DNA from: Alphaproteobacteria bacterium | GTDB lineage: Bacteria; Pseudomonadota; Alphaproteobacteria; UBA828 | Assembly (NCBI GenBank): GCA_965214705.1 | Contig: CBDCCI010000002.1 | Location: 352,001-416,000, forward strand | Direction of reading: 5' to 3' | Length of the DNA: 64,000 bases | In this document: piece after piece, positions 49,442 through 60,854 of the stretch | Layout: every line of letters starts with the position of its first letter | How positions within the stretch are numbered: position 1 is the first letter of the stretch | The notes under the pieces: model-generated | Databases searched by the model: none | Told to the model about the DNA's origin: nothing | Seen by the model: only the letters and a program-made list of their open reading frames with translations | Program-made: the position numbers and the translations under genes

Positions 49442-50040
49442 GCGCCTGCACGACGGCCTCGACCGGCGCGCCGCTCACTGCCTGTCGCTCGGCCGCCGCC
49501 AGACCTCGGCCGCCGGCCGAGTCAGCGATGGGCCCTTGCCGCCGACGGATGCCGGTGACGCATTCGGGACGACCAAGGGCAAAATGCTTGTGGTCCTGCA
49601 TGCGAGAAATCATGGATCAAAGCGTGACCGCTGGGCAGCCACCGCGGCTCTCGATGAAACGCCGCGTTCCGTGCCGTTGGGCGTGCATGAAGCTCAGCCA
49701 CATTCGAGAACCGTCAGCCGCGCAACGCGGCAGAAACAGGAGGCTGTCTCGATGTTCCGGGAACAGACACCCCGGCCGGATCGTCAGGGCCGTCTTGAAG
49801 CCGGCTCTCCTGGCCAGAAAGGCTTCCCGCACTCCGCCGACGCCGTGGGGATAGGCGAAGTGGTCGACCGGACGCCCGCAGAGGTTCTCAAGGAAAGCTT
49901 TGTTAGAGTACATCTCTCGGTACGCTTCTTCTTCGCCGAGCCCCGTCAGTTCGGGGTGGCTGGTCGTGTGTCCGCCGATGGTCGCCAGGGGATGATCGGC
50001 GAGGGTGCACAATTGCTCCCGCGACAATCCGGTATCCTTC

Positions 50041-51561
50041 GAGCCACTTGCAAAACTCTCGGGCACGGTGCGTTCATCCCGGGAGTTCGATATGAGGGCA
50101 GCGGTTGGTCGAACGTAACGCGAACGATCGGTCGAATCGACGGTTCGACATGCCGCATGGCCACCGTCGGGGAGCCGATTTGTCGCGAGCGAGGGCCGTT
50201 GCGGTCACATTCGTGGCCCGGCGCCGGGATGCGGGCGCGGCTCTCCGTGCCCCCATCGAGGGAGGCGTATTCCGGCATGACAGGGACAGAACCGAAAGTG
50301 AGGTTCAAGTCAGAAGGCGCGCCAATTGGTCTACCGTCAGCGCCAGGATGCCGAACATCGCGTGGCAGTAGACTTTGGCATGGCCGCGCACGCGGACATG
50401 GCGTCCACCGCAGTTGTCCTTCAGCCCGCCATTGATGCGCTCGACGTTCGAGCGTTCGCTGTAACGGTCGTCCGCCGGGTGGCTGTGGCCGATACGGCGC
50501 CGCGCCTTGGCCTCCCGCGCCAAGTCCTCTTTGAAGCCCCTGTCCCGGGGATTGATGTCGATGATTGGAACGTGGCCCAACAGATAGCTGTGCCAGCCGA
50601 TCTCAGGCGCGTCGTAGGCTGAGTCCATGAGATCGTACAGATTGGTCACGCGTTCGGCGCTCATGGTCGCCAGCGGGATCGCGACCTGACTGTCGTGCAG
50701 CGAGGCAGACGTCAGGATGCAACTGACCGGGATGCCGCCATCGGCGGCATCGATGTGCAGCTTGTAGCCGATCCACGACGTGGTGTGGCCCTTGGCGTTT
50801 CGCTTGGTGCCGACATCGCAGGCTTTGGGCAGATCGTCGAGCATCTGCGGCAGGGTCATGTCGAGCTGGCGCTCCACGCGGCGCTGCTCCTTGGGCCGCT
50901 CCTCACCCTTGCGCGGGCGACCGCGCTTGCGCTTCGGCTTCTCCTTCTTGCGTTTGCGCTGAGGCTTCTCGCGCGCCTCGACCGCCGTCGAATCGCGCGA
51001 GACATGCCCCACCAAGTGGTCGCCGAGGGTCTGCTTGATCAGCGCCTCGTGCAGGCGTGCGGGCAGGGCACTCTCGGAGAACTCGGCGAAGGCCCGTGAA
51101 AAGGTCGCCTCGCTCGGCACTTCTCCGGCATAGTTCCAGCCGCACAATCGGCGCAACGTCTTGTCGACCTCAAGGCGCTCGATCAGCGCGCGTGTCGTGG
51201 GTACGTCGAACACCGCCTTGGCGATGAAGGCGCGCGCCAGCGCCGCACGGTCCTCGACCGGCCGACCGGGCAGGCCATGAAAATGGGGAAGGAAGCTCTC
51301 GACCCGCGCAAACTCAAGCACAGTGACGAAGCGCCGATACCTCTCGCCGAGTGGCCCGAGCTCCCCCTCAAGCCACGGGAAGAGATCGCCTTGAAGGGAG
51401 TTCAAGAATCTGGTTAGTGTCTGTCCCAGCGACATGGGACCGCTCTCCCTGTCGATGTCTTCGGAAGCCCGACAGGAACAGAGAGCGGTCCCGATTCCCA
51501 GAACAATCTGCATCACATGGCGGCAAAATCCCGCTCAACGGCGGAATTCTGCAAGTGGCTC
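50041..51561 (-). mobile_element. IS5/IS1182-like insertion sequence, complete
   Basis: TIRs GAGCCACTTGCAAAA / TTCTGCAAGTGGCTC; TSD CTTC. Confidence 0.9.
50305..51435 (-). CDS. DDE transposase, paralogue of 25590..26735
   Basis: Same motifs: SRDSTA, WIGYKLH, MDSAYD, ERING.LKD. Confidence 0.9.
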   Translation of the reverse strand: MSLGQTLTRFLNSLQGDLFPWLEGELGPLGERYRRFVTVLEFARVESFLPHFHGLPGRPVEDRAALARAFIAKAVFDVPTTRALIERLEVDKTLRRLCGWNYAGEVPSEATFSRAFAEFSESALPARLHEALIKQTLGDHLVGHVSRDSTAVEAREKPQRKRKKEKPKRKRGRPRKGEERPKEQRRVERQLDMTLPQMLDDLPKACDVGTKRNAKGHTTSWIGYKLHIDAADGGIPVSCILTSASLHDSQVAIPLATMSAERVTNLYDLMDSAYDAPEIGWHSYLLGHVPIIDINPRDRGFKEDLAREAKARRRIGHSHPADDRYSERSNVERINGGLKDNCGGRHVRVRGHAKVYCHAMFGILALTVDQLARLLT

Positions 51562-52314
51562 CTTCGTCACTGCGCCCAGCGATACGCCGTAACGCTCGAA
51601 TACGTCGCGCAAGAGCGGAGCGTGTTGCCCGATGTCCGTTCCCACCCAAGCCGTCACGGCCGCGAGGGCAGCAGCCTTCTCTTTGGGCGATGCGGCGGTG
51701 AACCGTTTGTTCATGGGCGGCACATCCAACACGTCGTTCATCCGGAACAAATGCTCCAGGCCAAGCCACCACAGGTAGCCGCTGCCCTCGACCATATCCG
51801 TTGTGACGTACAACGAAAACGGTGCTTCGAACCGCTCCAGTACCGGCAAGCCATAGATGACGTTGTCGGCGTATCCGTCATCGAAGGTGATGACGACGAA
51901 GCGCCCCCGGGCGGAATCACGGCCCGCCTCCCCGATGCGCTCGACGGCGTCGTCCATGGAGACCACCGCGACGCCGGCCTTGCGCATCGACGTCAGCCAA
52001 GCCTGGAGAAATCCGGGTGTGACGCATAGCTCTCCATCCAGATGGGCCGAGACGCAGGGTACGACGCGGTGGAACATGAAGATCGAACCGATGCCGGCGT
52101 AACGGCAACCGATAGCGGCGGAGAGGCCGCTGCGATAGAGAATCTCCCAGGTAAGTCGAACGTTCAGGACGCCCATGCGGATCATGGCCATCAAGAGTAG
52201 TTGTGCGGCCTGGTCACCACGGCCGTCTCACCAGTCTGCAAACCGACATCTTGAGTCCCCGCCTGGTCGAGTAATCTGGCGAGATCTTCACCAGGCCGTC
52301 GACTCCTAGCGTCG

Positions 52315-52427
52315 TAACACCGTTTCACCAGTTCGGGTGCGTTCTCCCGGCCTTGGAGCCAGCGCATCCAGATCGTCCGGGGGACAACCGGCAGTGGCTC
52401 GGCACGCGTCGGCGTGCGGTCAGCCAT
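52315..52427 (-). pseudogene. Second short fragment of the capsular synthesis gene
   Basis: MADRTPT..PLPVVPRTIW..WLQGRENAPELVKRC, duplicating 49335-49441. Confidence 0.6.
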
Positions 52428-55305
52428 GCGCCGGATGCGGCAGGTCGAGATCCCCGAGGTCGGCCAGCGCCGGGTTCCAACCCGGGCAGCTACCGTCAGC
52501 CTTCTTGATAAACCAGTCATCGGACGCGTCCCAGGTATGGCGGTCGCCGTGTCGGACCTGAATGAAGCCGGCGCCGTGGGTCCGATACACGCACCCGCGC
52601 GCCTGGACGACGGCCTTGATCAGCGCCTGATCGACGCCTTTCCGCGTCCGCGGCCACCCGCCCATGCGAGCAAGCTCGTCGCGCGCAATCAACAGAGCGC
52701 CCCCGGCCAGGGTCGACGTCTGATAGCTCTCGCCGCTCCCGCGGTGCAAGTGAACGGTCCGATCCGACGCGGCCAGATAGACGAACTCGATCCCCTTGCC
52801 CACGAGCTGCGCGCCCGAGTATTCCCGCGCCAGCACCAGGTCCCACACATGGTCGGCGCCATAGACGTCGTCGTCGTCCATCTTGGTCAGCAGCTCCCCG
52901 CTCGATGCCTCCGTGGCGGCGTTGAGCACGATGCCCAGCGGCTCGCTTGAGGATGCCCGCAACACTTTTGCCGGACTCGGCAATTCGGTGACGCGCCGAT
53001 CGACCTCCGGAAAGGGTTCGCCGTGCAGCGCCAGCACCAGCTCGAGGCGGGGATAGGTCTGTCTCGCCACCGCGGCGAGCGCCTGCGGCAGCCGTTCGGG
53101 GCGCCGGGTCGCCAGCAGGATCGACACCAGGGGCGGCGGCGCGTCGCCGAGTTGCCGGGCGCGCGCCTGCAACGAATGGTTCCGCAGTGCCGCGCGGCGC
53201 ATCCTGATGCTGAGCAACTCGCGCCCGCCGGCGTCGACGCCGCTCACGCCGGTGGCCATCAGGTCATGGAGGTCGGCGCCGAGCAGCGGCCGAAGCCCCG
53301 GACAGCCATCGGCCAGATGCACCACCGCGCCGGTGGCGGCCGCGCGAGCCAAGTCGCTGGCCCGCGTGACCGCGTCGGCGTGGAACGCCTGCACGTCCTC
53401 CACGTGATGACACCGGCGGAGCCGGAGCAGATCGTCCTGGCGTACAACGCGGTGCGCCTCGACGCCGGGCGGCAGCCGTGCGATCGGCCCCAGCGCCGCC
53501 ACCTCGTCCCCGGCGGCGCGCGGCCAACCGAACGGGTTGTATCTCGACGGATCGAAGGCGGGCACGACAGTCCGGCACGGCGCCTCCGGCGGTTTCGATG
53601 CACCCGCCATCGGCGTGTTCCGAGCCGATCGGCCCCGTAGCGGTTTGCCCGGTTTCCAGACGAGCCGCCGCCACCGGTTCCGTATCCAATGCCGGAAATA
53701 CGCCCGGGCCGCCTGCCGCTTTCTGGCTGTTCGCCACCGAACCGCATATTTCAGGAACGACGATCTCCTGTTCCCCGTATTCGGTGCCGGACGCACCAGG
53801 AAGCCGCGTGCCCGACTTCCCGCCGCACCGGCCAGCCACTTCAGGAACGACCATGCCTCCCGATAGCCGTGCACGTTCCTCGCCCGTCCCCGCAAGCGCT
53901 CCCACTCCGCGGGAAGTTCCACCGGCCTGGTCGATGCGGCGCGGTCCACGCTGCCCGGCGGCGCGCCGACCCGGATCTTCAAGGAGCGTGAGGATAGCGT
54001 TCGCGCGTCGCCGAAATCGCTCGGGTCGCCTCCCGCACGACGCGCCCGATGAAGCGCCCACGCCCGGGTGATCGACACCCGGGATCCGTCGGGGAGGACC
54101 GCAGCCGCGCTGACCGCGCCTCTCAGCCCGGCGCGCAGGCGACGCAGCAGGTTCGGGCCGAACGCGACGGCGGCGGGAAGCGCGACATGGAACGGCGATG
54201 CGGGAAACTCTTCCAGGGCTGCACGGGCGGGCGCGACGCGCACGCGCGGGTCGGGACCGAACACATCACGGAGCCAAGCCAGTCGCTCGTCATCGTCATC
54301 CGCTGGCGTTTCGATTCGCACCACCAAGTCATGCACGCGGCCCGCCAGGATGTTCGCGGCGGTCTCGATGATCCGCTCGGCCGGGTGATGTGCCGCAGCG
54401 ATGGTCACCACGTACTGGGGCACCGCATAGATGCGGCCGGTTCTGGCGCGGCGGAGCCCGTGATGGGCGATCAGGTTGGCCGCTTTCCCGTGCTGGATCC
54501 GATAACTTCGCGCCTTGGCGTTCCGGTCCTCCGCCCAGCTCCCCTGGTGCCAGGCGAAGGCGTCCCGGACCGGCACCAGCAGCCCGCCGCGAGTGTAGGC
54601 CCGGTAGGCGAGCTCGGTGTCCTCCGCTCCCCAGCGTGCGAACGATTCGTCGCTCCCGCCCACCAGCCGGTAGAAGCTCTTGCCGATGCCGAAGTTGCCC
54701 CCCGCCATCGCGTGAAAAATGTCGTCCGCCCTCGTCGTCAGATCGTCGGTTCTGCGCATCAGGCCTTCAATCGGGTGGGGATCCGCCGGCCGGTCCGAAA
54801 ACAGATCCTGTAGTGATCCCGCCCGGCACCGGATTGTCTCCGCGTCGAGATCGTCCACCGCCACATGGCTGAAGGATCCCAACGTCAGGACGTCGGAGAC
54901 GACATGGTGCCAGCGGGCGTGCACCGCGATCCAGTCCGCCTCCACAAGCATGTCGCTGTCGAGAAAGAGCAGGATGTCGTGAGCGGCCGCCCGGGCGCCG
55001 GTGTTTCGCGCCCTGGCGATCCCGAAGCCGCGGCGCTCCTGTCGCATTACCCTGAGGTTCAACGGCGTCGCCCGGGGCCGTTCCAACGGCGGCTCGGACC
55101 CGTCGTCGACGATCACCACCTCGAACAGATTCCGCGGCCAGGTCTGGCCTTCCAGCGCCGCCAGCGTCCTCGCCAGCGTTTCGGCGGATGTTTGGTAGTA
55201 CGGCATGATCACACTCACCGGCATGACAGGCATGAACGTCTCCAGCGGCTCCACCGCCACTTGGCGCCAGTCGTTGTACCGGACGGAATTAGGGTGCGGG
55301 TTCAT
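52420..55305 (-). CDS. Large two-domain GT2 glycosyltransferase
   Basis: VSVIMP, VDDGS, ARNTG, FLDSD, WGAEDTE; second GT-A domain with KMDDDD.Y. Confidence 0.85.
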   Translation of the reverse strand: MNPHPNSVRYNDWRQVAVEPLETFMPVMPVSVIMPYYQTSAETLARTLAALEGQTWPRNLFEVVIVDDGSEPPLERPRATPLNLRVMRQERRGFGIARARNTGARAAAHDILLFLDSDMLVEADWIAVHARWHHVVSDVLTLGSFSHVAVDDLDAETIRCRAGSLQDLFSDRPADPHPIEGLMRRTDDLTTRADDIFHAMAGGNFGIGKSFYRLVGGSDESFARWGAEDTELAYRAYTRGGLLVPVRDAFAWHQGSWAEDRNAKARSYRIQHGKAANLIAHHGLRRARTGRIYAVPQYVVTIAAAHHPAERIIETAANILAGRVHDLVVRIETPADDDDERLAWLRDVFGPDPRVRVAPARAALEEFPASPFHVALPAAVAFGPNLLRRLRAGLRGAVSAAAVLPDGSRVSITRAWALHRARRAGGDPSDFGDARTLSSRSLKIRVGAPPGSVDRAASTRPVELPAEWERLRGRARNVHGYREAWSFLKWLAGAAGSRARGFLVRPAPNTGNRRSSFLKYAVRWRTARKRQAARAYFRHWIRNRWRRLVWKPGKPLRGRSARNTPMAGASKPPEAPCRTVVPAFDPSRYNPFGWPRAAGDEVAALGPIARLPPGVEAHRVVRQDDLLRLRRCHHVEDVQAFHADAVTRASDLARAAATGAVVHLADGCPGLRPLLGADLHDLMATGVSGVDAGGRELLSIRMRRAALRNHSLQARARQLGDAPPPLVSILLATRRPERLPQALAAVARQTYPRLELVLALHGEPFPEVDRRVTELPSPAKVLRASSSEPLGIVLNAATEASSGELLTKMDDDDVYGADHVWDLVLAREYSGAQLVGKGIEFVYLAASDRTVHLHRGSGESYQTSTLAGGALLIARDELARMGGWPRTRKGVDQALIKAVVQARGCVYRTHGAGFIQVRHGDRHTWDASDDWFIKKADGSCPGWNPALADLGDLDLPHPAHG

Positions 55306-55374
55306 TGTTCTTGATCAAGGTGCGGACTTGCTTCGGACGTTCGTCATTGTGCGCCCGAGATCCTGATCGACCGA

Positions 55375-57024
55375 CTACCGCTTGATGCGCGCCCGCCACC
55401 GAAGCATTGTGGCCACCGCCCTCAATAAGGACCAAGCCTCTCCGGGGTTGCGGACGTCCTGGATCCAGCCTAACAGGAGAGCCCACCGCGCAGGGTAGAC
55501 TGCCATATCTGTCGCACCGGTGTGGACCGCGTCTACCGCCGGAGCGGTGTTAGCGGTGTTCCTGAACTTGAGCGACGCGGCGGAAATCGTTCGCGCTTCT
55601 CCGAAGTCGGCGGGGCTGGCCGCTTGGCGGCGCGCCCGGTGGAGCGCCCACGTCCGTGTGATCGACACCCGGGATCCGTCGGGGAGGATGGCGGTCGCGG
55701 CGACCGCGCTTCCCAGCCTTGCCCGCAGACGATGCACCAGGTTGTTCGCGAACGTCGCGCCGGCGGGCAGCGTGACGTGGAACGACGACACGGGAAACTC
55801 GTCGAGGGCGGAGCGGGCCGGTGCAACGCGCACCCGCGGCTCTGGGCCGAAGAGATCCCGGAGCAGCGCCAGCCGCTCATCGCCGTCTCGCGACGGCGTT
55901 TCGATTCTCACCACCAAGTCGTACACGCGATCGGCCAAGAGGGTCGCAACCATCGCGATGACCTGTTCCGTGGGGCAATGTCCCGCCTCGACGGTCACGA
56001 CGTACTGAGGCACAGCGAAAACTCGGTTAATCCCGCTTCTGCGAAAACCGCGATGGGCGATCAGGTGGGCCGCCTTCGACCGCATGATGCGCTGATCTCG
56101 ATCCTTGGCGTCTCTACCGTCGCACCAGCGGCCCTGATGCCAGGCAAAGGCGTCCCAGACCGGGACCAGCAATCCGCCGCGAGTATAGGCCCGATATCCG
56201 AGCTCGGTGTCCTCCAGCCCGTACCGCATAAACGATTCGTCGAACCCGCCCACCGACTCGTAGAATTGTTTGCGGATCCCGAAATTGCCCGACGAGACCA
56301 CTCTGAACAGGTCGTCGGCCCTCGACGTGAGATCGTCGGTCCGGAGCATGTGGCCCTCGAACCAGGGCGGGTCAGCCGGCCGGCCCGAAAACAACTCCTT
56401 CAGTGACCCCCGTCGGCGCCGGACCGTTTCCAGGTCGAGGCCATCTACCGCCACGAAGGCGTAGAATCCCAATGTCATGGCGTCGGAGACGGCGTAGTGC
56501 CACCGGGCGTGCGCCGCGATCCAGCCGGCCTCGGCCAGCATGTCGCTGTCGAGAAAAAGGAGGATGTCGTGGGCGGCCGCCCGCGCGCCGTTGTTTCGCG
56601 CCCGGGCGGCGCCGAACCCGCGGCGTTCCTGACGCACCACCTTGACGTCAAGCGGGGTCGAACGGGGCGCTTCCACAGGCGGTTCGGACCCATCGTCAAC
56701 GATCACCACCTCGAAGAGATCACGCGGCCAAGTCTGGCCTTCGAGCGCCGCCAGGGTCCTCTCCAGCATACCGGCCGGAGGCTGCCAAGTCGGCAGGATC
56801 ACGCTGACCGGCAGGGTGGGTGTGAACACCTCGGACGCCAGCATGTCCACCTGCCGCCAGTCGTTGTACCGGACGGACGCCGGTTTGGGGAGCATCCTTC
56901 GCTGGTCCCGACCCGTCACGTTCCTGGGGCAGGCGCAAACTTGTTGGCTCAATTCGTGATCCATAGGCATGGGTTGCCAGTGCTCGCGGCCACGCGCCTC
57001 TCGGGGTGCAAAATTCCTACGCAC
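55375..57024 (-). CDS. GT2 glycosyltransferase, paralogue of the neighbour's N-terminal half (start uncertain)
   Basis: SVRYNDWRQV, VDDGS, FLDSD, GGFDE.F..YG.ED. Confidence 0.85.
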   Translation of the reverse strand: MRRNFAPREARGREHWQPMPMDHELSQQVCACPRNVTGRDQRRMLPKPASVRYNDWRQVDMLASEVFTPTLPVSVILPTWQPPAGMLERTLAALEGQTWPRDLFEVVIVDDGSEPPVEAPRSTPLDVKVVRQERRGFGAARARNNGARAAAHDILLFLDSDMLAEAGWIAAHARWHYAVSDAMTLGFYAFVAVDGLDLETVRRRRGSLKELFSGRPADPPWFEGHMLRTDDLTSRADDLFRVVSSGNFGIRKQFYESVGGFDESFMRYGLEDTELGYRAYTRGGLLVPVWDAFAWHQGRWCDGRDAKDRDQRIMRSKAAHLIAHRGFRRSGINRVFAVPQYVVTVEAGHCPTEQVIAMVATLLADRVYDLVVRIETPSRDGDERLALLRDLFGPEPRVRVAPARSALDEFPVSSFHVTLPAGATFANNLVHRLRARLGSAVAATAILPDGSRVSITRTWALHRARRQAASPADFGEARTISAASLKFRNTANTAPAVDAVHTGATDMAVYPARWALLLGWIQDVRNPGEAWSLLRAVATMLRWRARIKR

Positions 57025-57413
57025 TTGACGGCGGATTCCTATTTTACTTGACCGCGAATCCTGGCCATTTGACCGCCAAGGCGATGCCGTTTGTCAGTCT
57101 CTCCCGGGTCTTGCGGTAGGCGTTCTCCGTTGTTGGTTTCAGGGGGCTGGCCGCAGGCCAGCCCGACGCGTGCGCAAGCGAGCCCTGGTCGCCATTCAAA
57201 GGCCTGTCGGGCGCGGCGGCAAGCCCCCACACCGGGCATGCCGCCGCGCGATGTTTGGGCCATGCCTATGGTTCACGAATATGAGCCATCTTGTTTAGGG
57301 GGTTCATTCGGTGTGTCCTGCAATCGGGAGGTCGTCGAGCGTCATCTGGTCCTGGAGGTGTCCCTCGCTGCCGCGGCCCCGGTCGCCGTCGTGCTGGCAA
57401 GCCGCTTCGCAAC

Positions 57414-58034
57414 CTAGAATTTTCGCTCAGCGACGCGCGCGTCGGTCATCTTCGCTTGACGCAGATATTGCGAGAGCATGTGCATGATCGACTGGTGGGT
57501 GTCCTCAATCACGCCGTAGTTGTCGCCGTCGACGTGCAGGTTGACGGTGGCCAGCGGTGCCGAGCGGCCGCCGTCGAAGCCGCTCAGCGCGACGCCGTCC
57601 AGTCCGTTCGCGACCGCCCATTCGAGCGCGCGGACGATGTTTTCCGAATCGCCCGAGGCCGAAATGGTCATCAGCAGATCGCCGGGTCGTGCTGCGGTCC
57701 TGAGCTGATAGACGAAGCAATCTTCGAATGCGATGTCATTGGCGATCGCGGTAACGATCTCCATGTTCGCGCTCAGGCTCATCACCCGCGGCAGAACGCC
57801 GGTGTCGGTCTGCACCCCCTTGGCGACATCGCAGAGCAGGTGGTTGGCGATCGCCGCCGAGCCGCCATTGCCGCAGACGAAGAGCCACGCGCCGCGCGCG
57901 AATGCCGCATCAAGCAGGTTGGCGGCATGGGTAAGCCGTGCCCGGTCGATGGAGGCACCCGCCTGTGCAAGCTGGGTCAGGTAGTCGTCGCAGTAGCGGG
58001 CCACTGATCGGTAGCCCGTGTCCGGAAAGGTCAT
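57414..58034 (-). CDS. gmhA: Sedoheptulose-7-phosphate isomerase
   Basis: CGNGGSAA.ANH, TAIAND, ISASG.SEN, GFDGG, ED.H. Confidence 0.88.
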   Translation of the reverse strand: MTFPDTGYRSVARYCDDYLTQLAQAGASIDRARLTHAANLLDAAFARGAWLFVCGNGGSAAIANHLLCDVAKGVQTDTGVLPRVMSLSANMEIVTAIANDIAFEDCFVYQLRTAARPGDLLMTISASGDSENIVRALEWAVANGLDGVALSGFDGGRSAPLATVNLHVDGDNYGVIEDTHQSIMHMLSQYLRQAKMTDARVAERKF

Positions 58035-58675
58035 GAAGCGTCCTGCGCGGGTCGGGGATTGTCGGCGGAAAGCGCCGTACCGAGCGCGACGATCGGCCGC
58101 CCGATGGTGATGGGGAAGTCGCTGCGTGCCAAGCCCGCCGCGGCGGCACGGTCCCGGGCGCCGTAGCCGGTCTGCACCAGCCAGCCGCGCGCGAGCCCGG
58201 CGCGCCGCCCGGCCTCCAAATCGTCGACGCTGTCGCCAACGATCCAGCTTCGGGCGAGATCGATACCAATATCCGCAGCGGCGGCATGGAGCATACCGGG
58301 GCTGGGCTTGCGGCAAGGGGCGCTGCTCTCAGGCAGCGCCGGGCAGGCGTACACCGCGTCGACTAGGCCGCCGGCGGCGTCGGCGAGCGCGAGCACTCGC
58401 TTCTGCACGGCGGCGAACGCCTCCCACCCGTAGAAGCCGCGGCCGATCCCGGACTGATTGGTGACGATCACCACCCGGTACCCGCAACGACGGGCCGCGG
58501 CCAAGCTCTCGAAGGCGCCGGCGATGGGTACGACCCGTTCGGCAGTGCAGAGATAGTCCACCAGCTCAATAAGCGTCCCATCGCGGTCGAGGAAGAGCGC
58601 CGGGACAGGAGGTAGCGAGGGGTCGGCGCGCACTTCGCGCCACAGGCCGGACGGGTCGAGCGGAAACCCGCGCAT
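58031..58675 (-). CDS. gmhB: Heptose bisphosphate phosphatase
   Basis: FLDRDGTL, TNQSGIGRG, RKPSPGM, VGD..DD. Confidence 0.9.
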   Translation of the reverse strand: MRGFPLDPSGLWREVRADPSLPPVPALFLDRDGTLIELVDYLCTAERVVPIAGAFESLAAARRCGYRVVIVTNQSGIGRGFYGWEAFAAVQKRVLALADAAGGLVDAVYACPALPESSAPCRKPSPGMLHAAAADIGIDLARSWIVGDSVDDLEAGRRAGLARGWLVQTGYGARDRAAAAGLARSDFPITIGRPIVALGTALSADNPRPAQDAS

Positions 58676-58860
58676 CGCGGGTCTGTCGGTTGCGCGGCCC
58701 GGGCACGACGGAGCCGTTGTCGGGCCGGAGGCGCTCCCTGCAGCCTGTCGGCGGCCACTGCAAGGCGCATCCGGGACAAGTGACCGGCGGCGGCGTTGGC
58801 GTGGCTCAGCGCCGGGAGCGGAAGGGGGAGAGGGGAGGCCGAAATGGCGGCCGTGTGACG

Positions 58861-59901
58861 TCATTCCCGTGTCTCACTGCCCCTAGGCGGCCCGTTGTCG
58901 ACATTGCCGCGCTCGCGCGCCAGTTTCCTCTCCCACGAAAGCGCGGTGCGGACGATGAAATCGAGATCGTCATGGCGCGGCGACCATTGCAACGCCGCGC
59001 GAATCCGCGACGCGTCGGCCACCAGCGCCGGCGGGTCGCCGACGCGCCGCGGGCCTTCGCGAACATCGAAGGGCACCCCGGCGACCACCCGCACCGTTTC
59101 GAGCACCTCGCGGACTGAATACCCGTGGCCGTAGCCGCAGTTGAGCACGCGGCTGCCGCCGCCGTCCTCCAGGTCGCGAAGGGCGGCGACATGGGCGTCG
59201 GCGAGGTCGGACACGTGGATATAGTCGCGCACGCAGGTGCCGTCCGCCGTATCGTAATCCGTGCCGAACACGGTGACGTGGTCGTGCGAGCCGACGGCAG
59301 CCGCGCAGGCGACCTTGATCAGGTGCGCGGCATTCCGGTCGGACTGACCCGCCCGCCCGTTCGGGTCGGCGCCCGCCACGTTGAAATAGCGGAGCGCGAC
59401 GTAGCGGAAATCGTGGGCCGCCGCGGCGTCGCGAAGCGTCCATTCGGTGACCAGCTTGGAACTGCCGTAGGGGTTGATGGGAGCCGTCGGCGCGTCCTCG
59501 GATACCGGGATTTCCCTGGGAATGCCGTAGACCGCCGCCGTCGATGAAAAGATGAACCGCCTCACCCCACCGTCGACGCAGGCGCGGATCAGGGTCGTGC
59601 TCGCGCTACCATTGTTGCGGTAGTAGAGCAGCGGATCATGGACCGATTCGGGAACGCTGGCGCTGGCGGCCAGGTGCACGACGGCGGCGATTCGATGGTC
59701 GGCGATGACATTGCCGACCGCGCCGCTATCGCCAACGTCACCCTCGACGAACGGGATACCGCCGGGAACGGCCGCACGATGCCCCGTCGAAAGATCGTCG
59801 AGGACAACGACGGGATAGCCAGCCTTGCAAAACGCCGGCACGACATGGCTGCCGACGTAGCCGGCGGCGCCGGTGATCAACACGGGCTCCTTCGATCCCA
59901 T
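58861..59901 (-). CDS. galE: UDP-glucose 4-epimerase
   Basis: TGAAGYVGSH, FSSTAAVYG, YGSSK, LRYFNVAGA, DGTCVRDYIHV. Confidence 0.93.
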   Translation of the reverse strand: MGSKEPVLITGAAGYVGSHVVPAFCKAGYPVVVLDDLSTGHRAAVPGGIPFVEGDVGDSGAVGNVIADHRIAAVVHLAASASVPESVHDPLLYYRNNGSASTTLIRACVDGGVRRFIFSSTAAVYGIPREIPVSEDAPTAPINPYGSSKLVTEWTLRDAAAAHDFRYVALRYFNVAGADPNGRAGQSDRNAAHLIKVACAAAVGSHDHVTVFGTDYDTADGTCVRDYIHVSDLADAHVAALRDLEDGGGSRVLNCGYGHGYSVREVLETVRVVAGVPFDVREGPRRVGDPPALVADASRIRAALQWSPRHDDLDFIVRTALSWERKLARERGNVDNGPPRGSETRE

Positions 59902-60854
59902 GCTCTTCGCCCCTTCAATGTCTCCCGTGTGTGAAGCCCGGCCCCGTCGGACAGCTCATCCATGCCCGCCGGCCGTCCCGTCAACCTCACGGCTCTTGAT
60001 GGATATTGAACACGACACGACTGCCCGTGCTGGATATTCGGACTGGCAATTCACGATAGATTCCCAACGCTTCCCGCACCGCCGGTTGGTTCTCCGGCCG
60101 GCAGACGACCAGGACGAAGCCGCCGCCGCCGGCGCCGCACACCTTGGCGCCGTCCGCGCCGGCTTCGAGCGCCGCCGTGATCATTGTCTCAATGCGTTCC
60201 GAACCGATCCCATCGGTCAGCATGCGCTTTGCCTCCCACCCATCGCGAACAAACCGCCCCAAACTGTCGACTTTGCCGGCATCGAGGTCGTTCGCAAGGG
60301 TCTCGGCAATCTTGCGTATTGTATCGAGTTCCGCTCGCCGGGCGCCTGTCTCCTCGCGTTGCTTCTTCAGGATGGTTTCCGCCCTGCGTGCGATGCCCGT
60401 ATAGTATACCAACAGGCGTCCCTCCAGTTGGCGTCTTTGATCGGGCGACAGGCCGATTCTGCGGGTCGTCGCCGTATCGCCGCGCCCAAAACGGAACTCC
60501 CGTAGGCCGCCGTAGACTGCGATATAGGCGTCTTGCCTGCCCATTGCCTTACCCAGGCGCGTCAACTCGATCTCACAAGCTTGCTCGGCAAGTTCACTCG
60601 CTGAAAGCTGAACGCCCTGATAGCAATGAAGTGCGTTGAGCAGGCCGACAGTAACCGACGATGACGAGCCGAGACCCGATCCTTCCGATGGAATGTCGGC
60701 AAGCGTCGTGACCTCGACGGCTCGGTCGACGCCGGCAAGGCGCATGGTCTCCCGCATGAGTCCGTGCTCGACTGCATCAACTGAATCGACGGTCTCCTTT
60801 CTCGAGTAGTTGAGGCAGATAGCGTCGTCGTACCGTCGTTTCACGATGACATAG

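Larger units (their letters stand above)
49617..52194 (-). pseudogene. Polysaccharide deacetylase split by an IS
   Basis: FMFHRV, ITFDDGY.DN in the 5' half; GGHTTSHP.L, FAYPHG in the 3' half; rejoins as AVTK|DTGLS. Confidence 0.88.
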
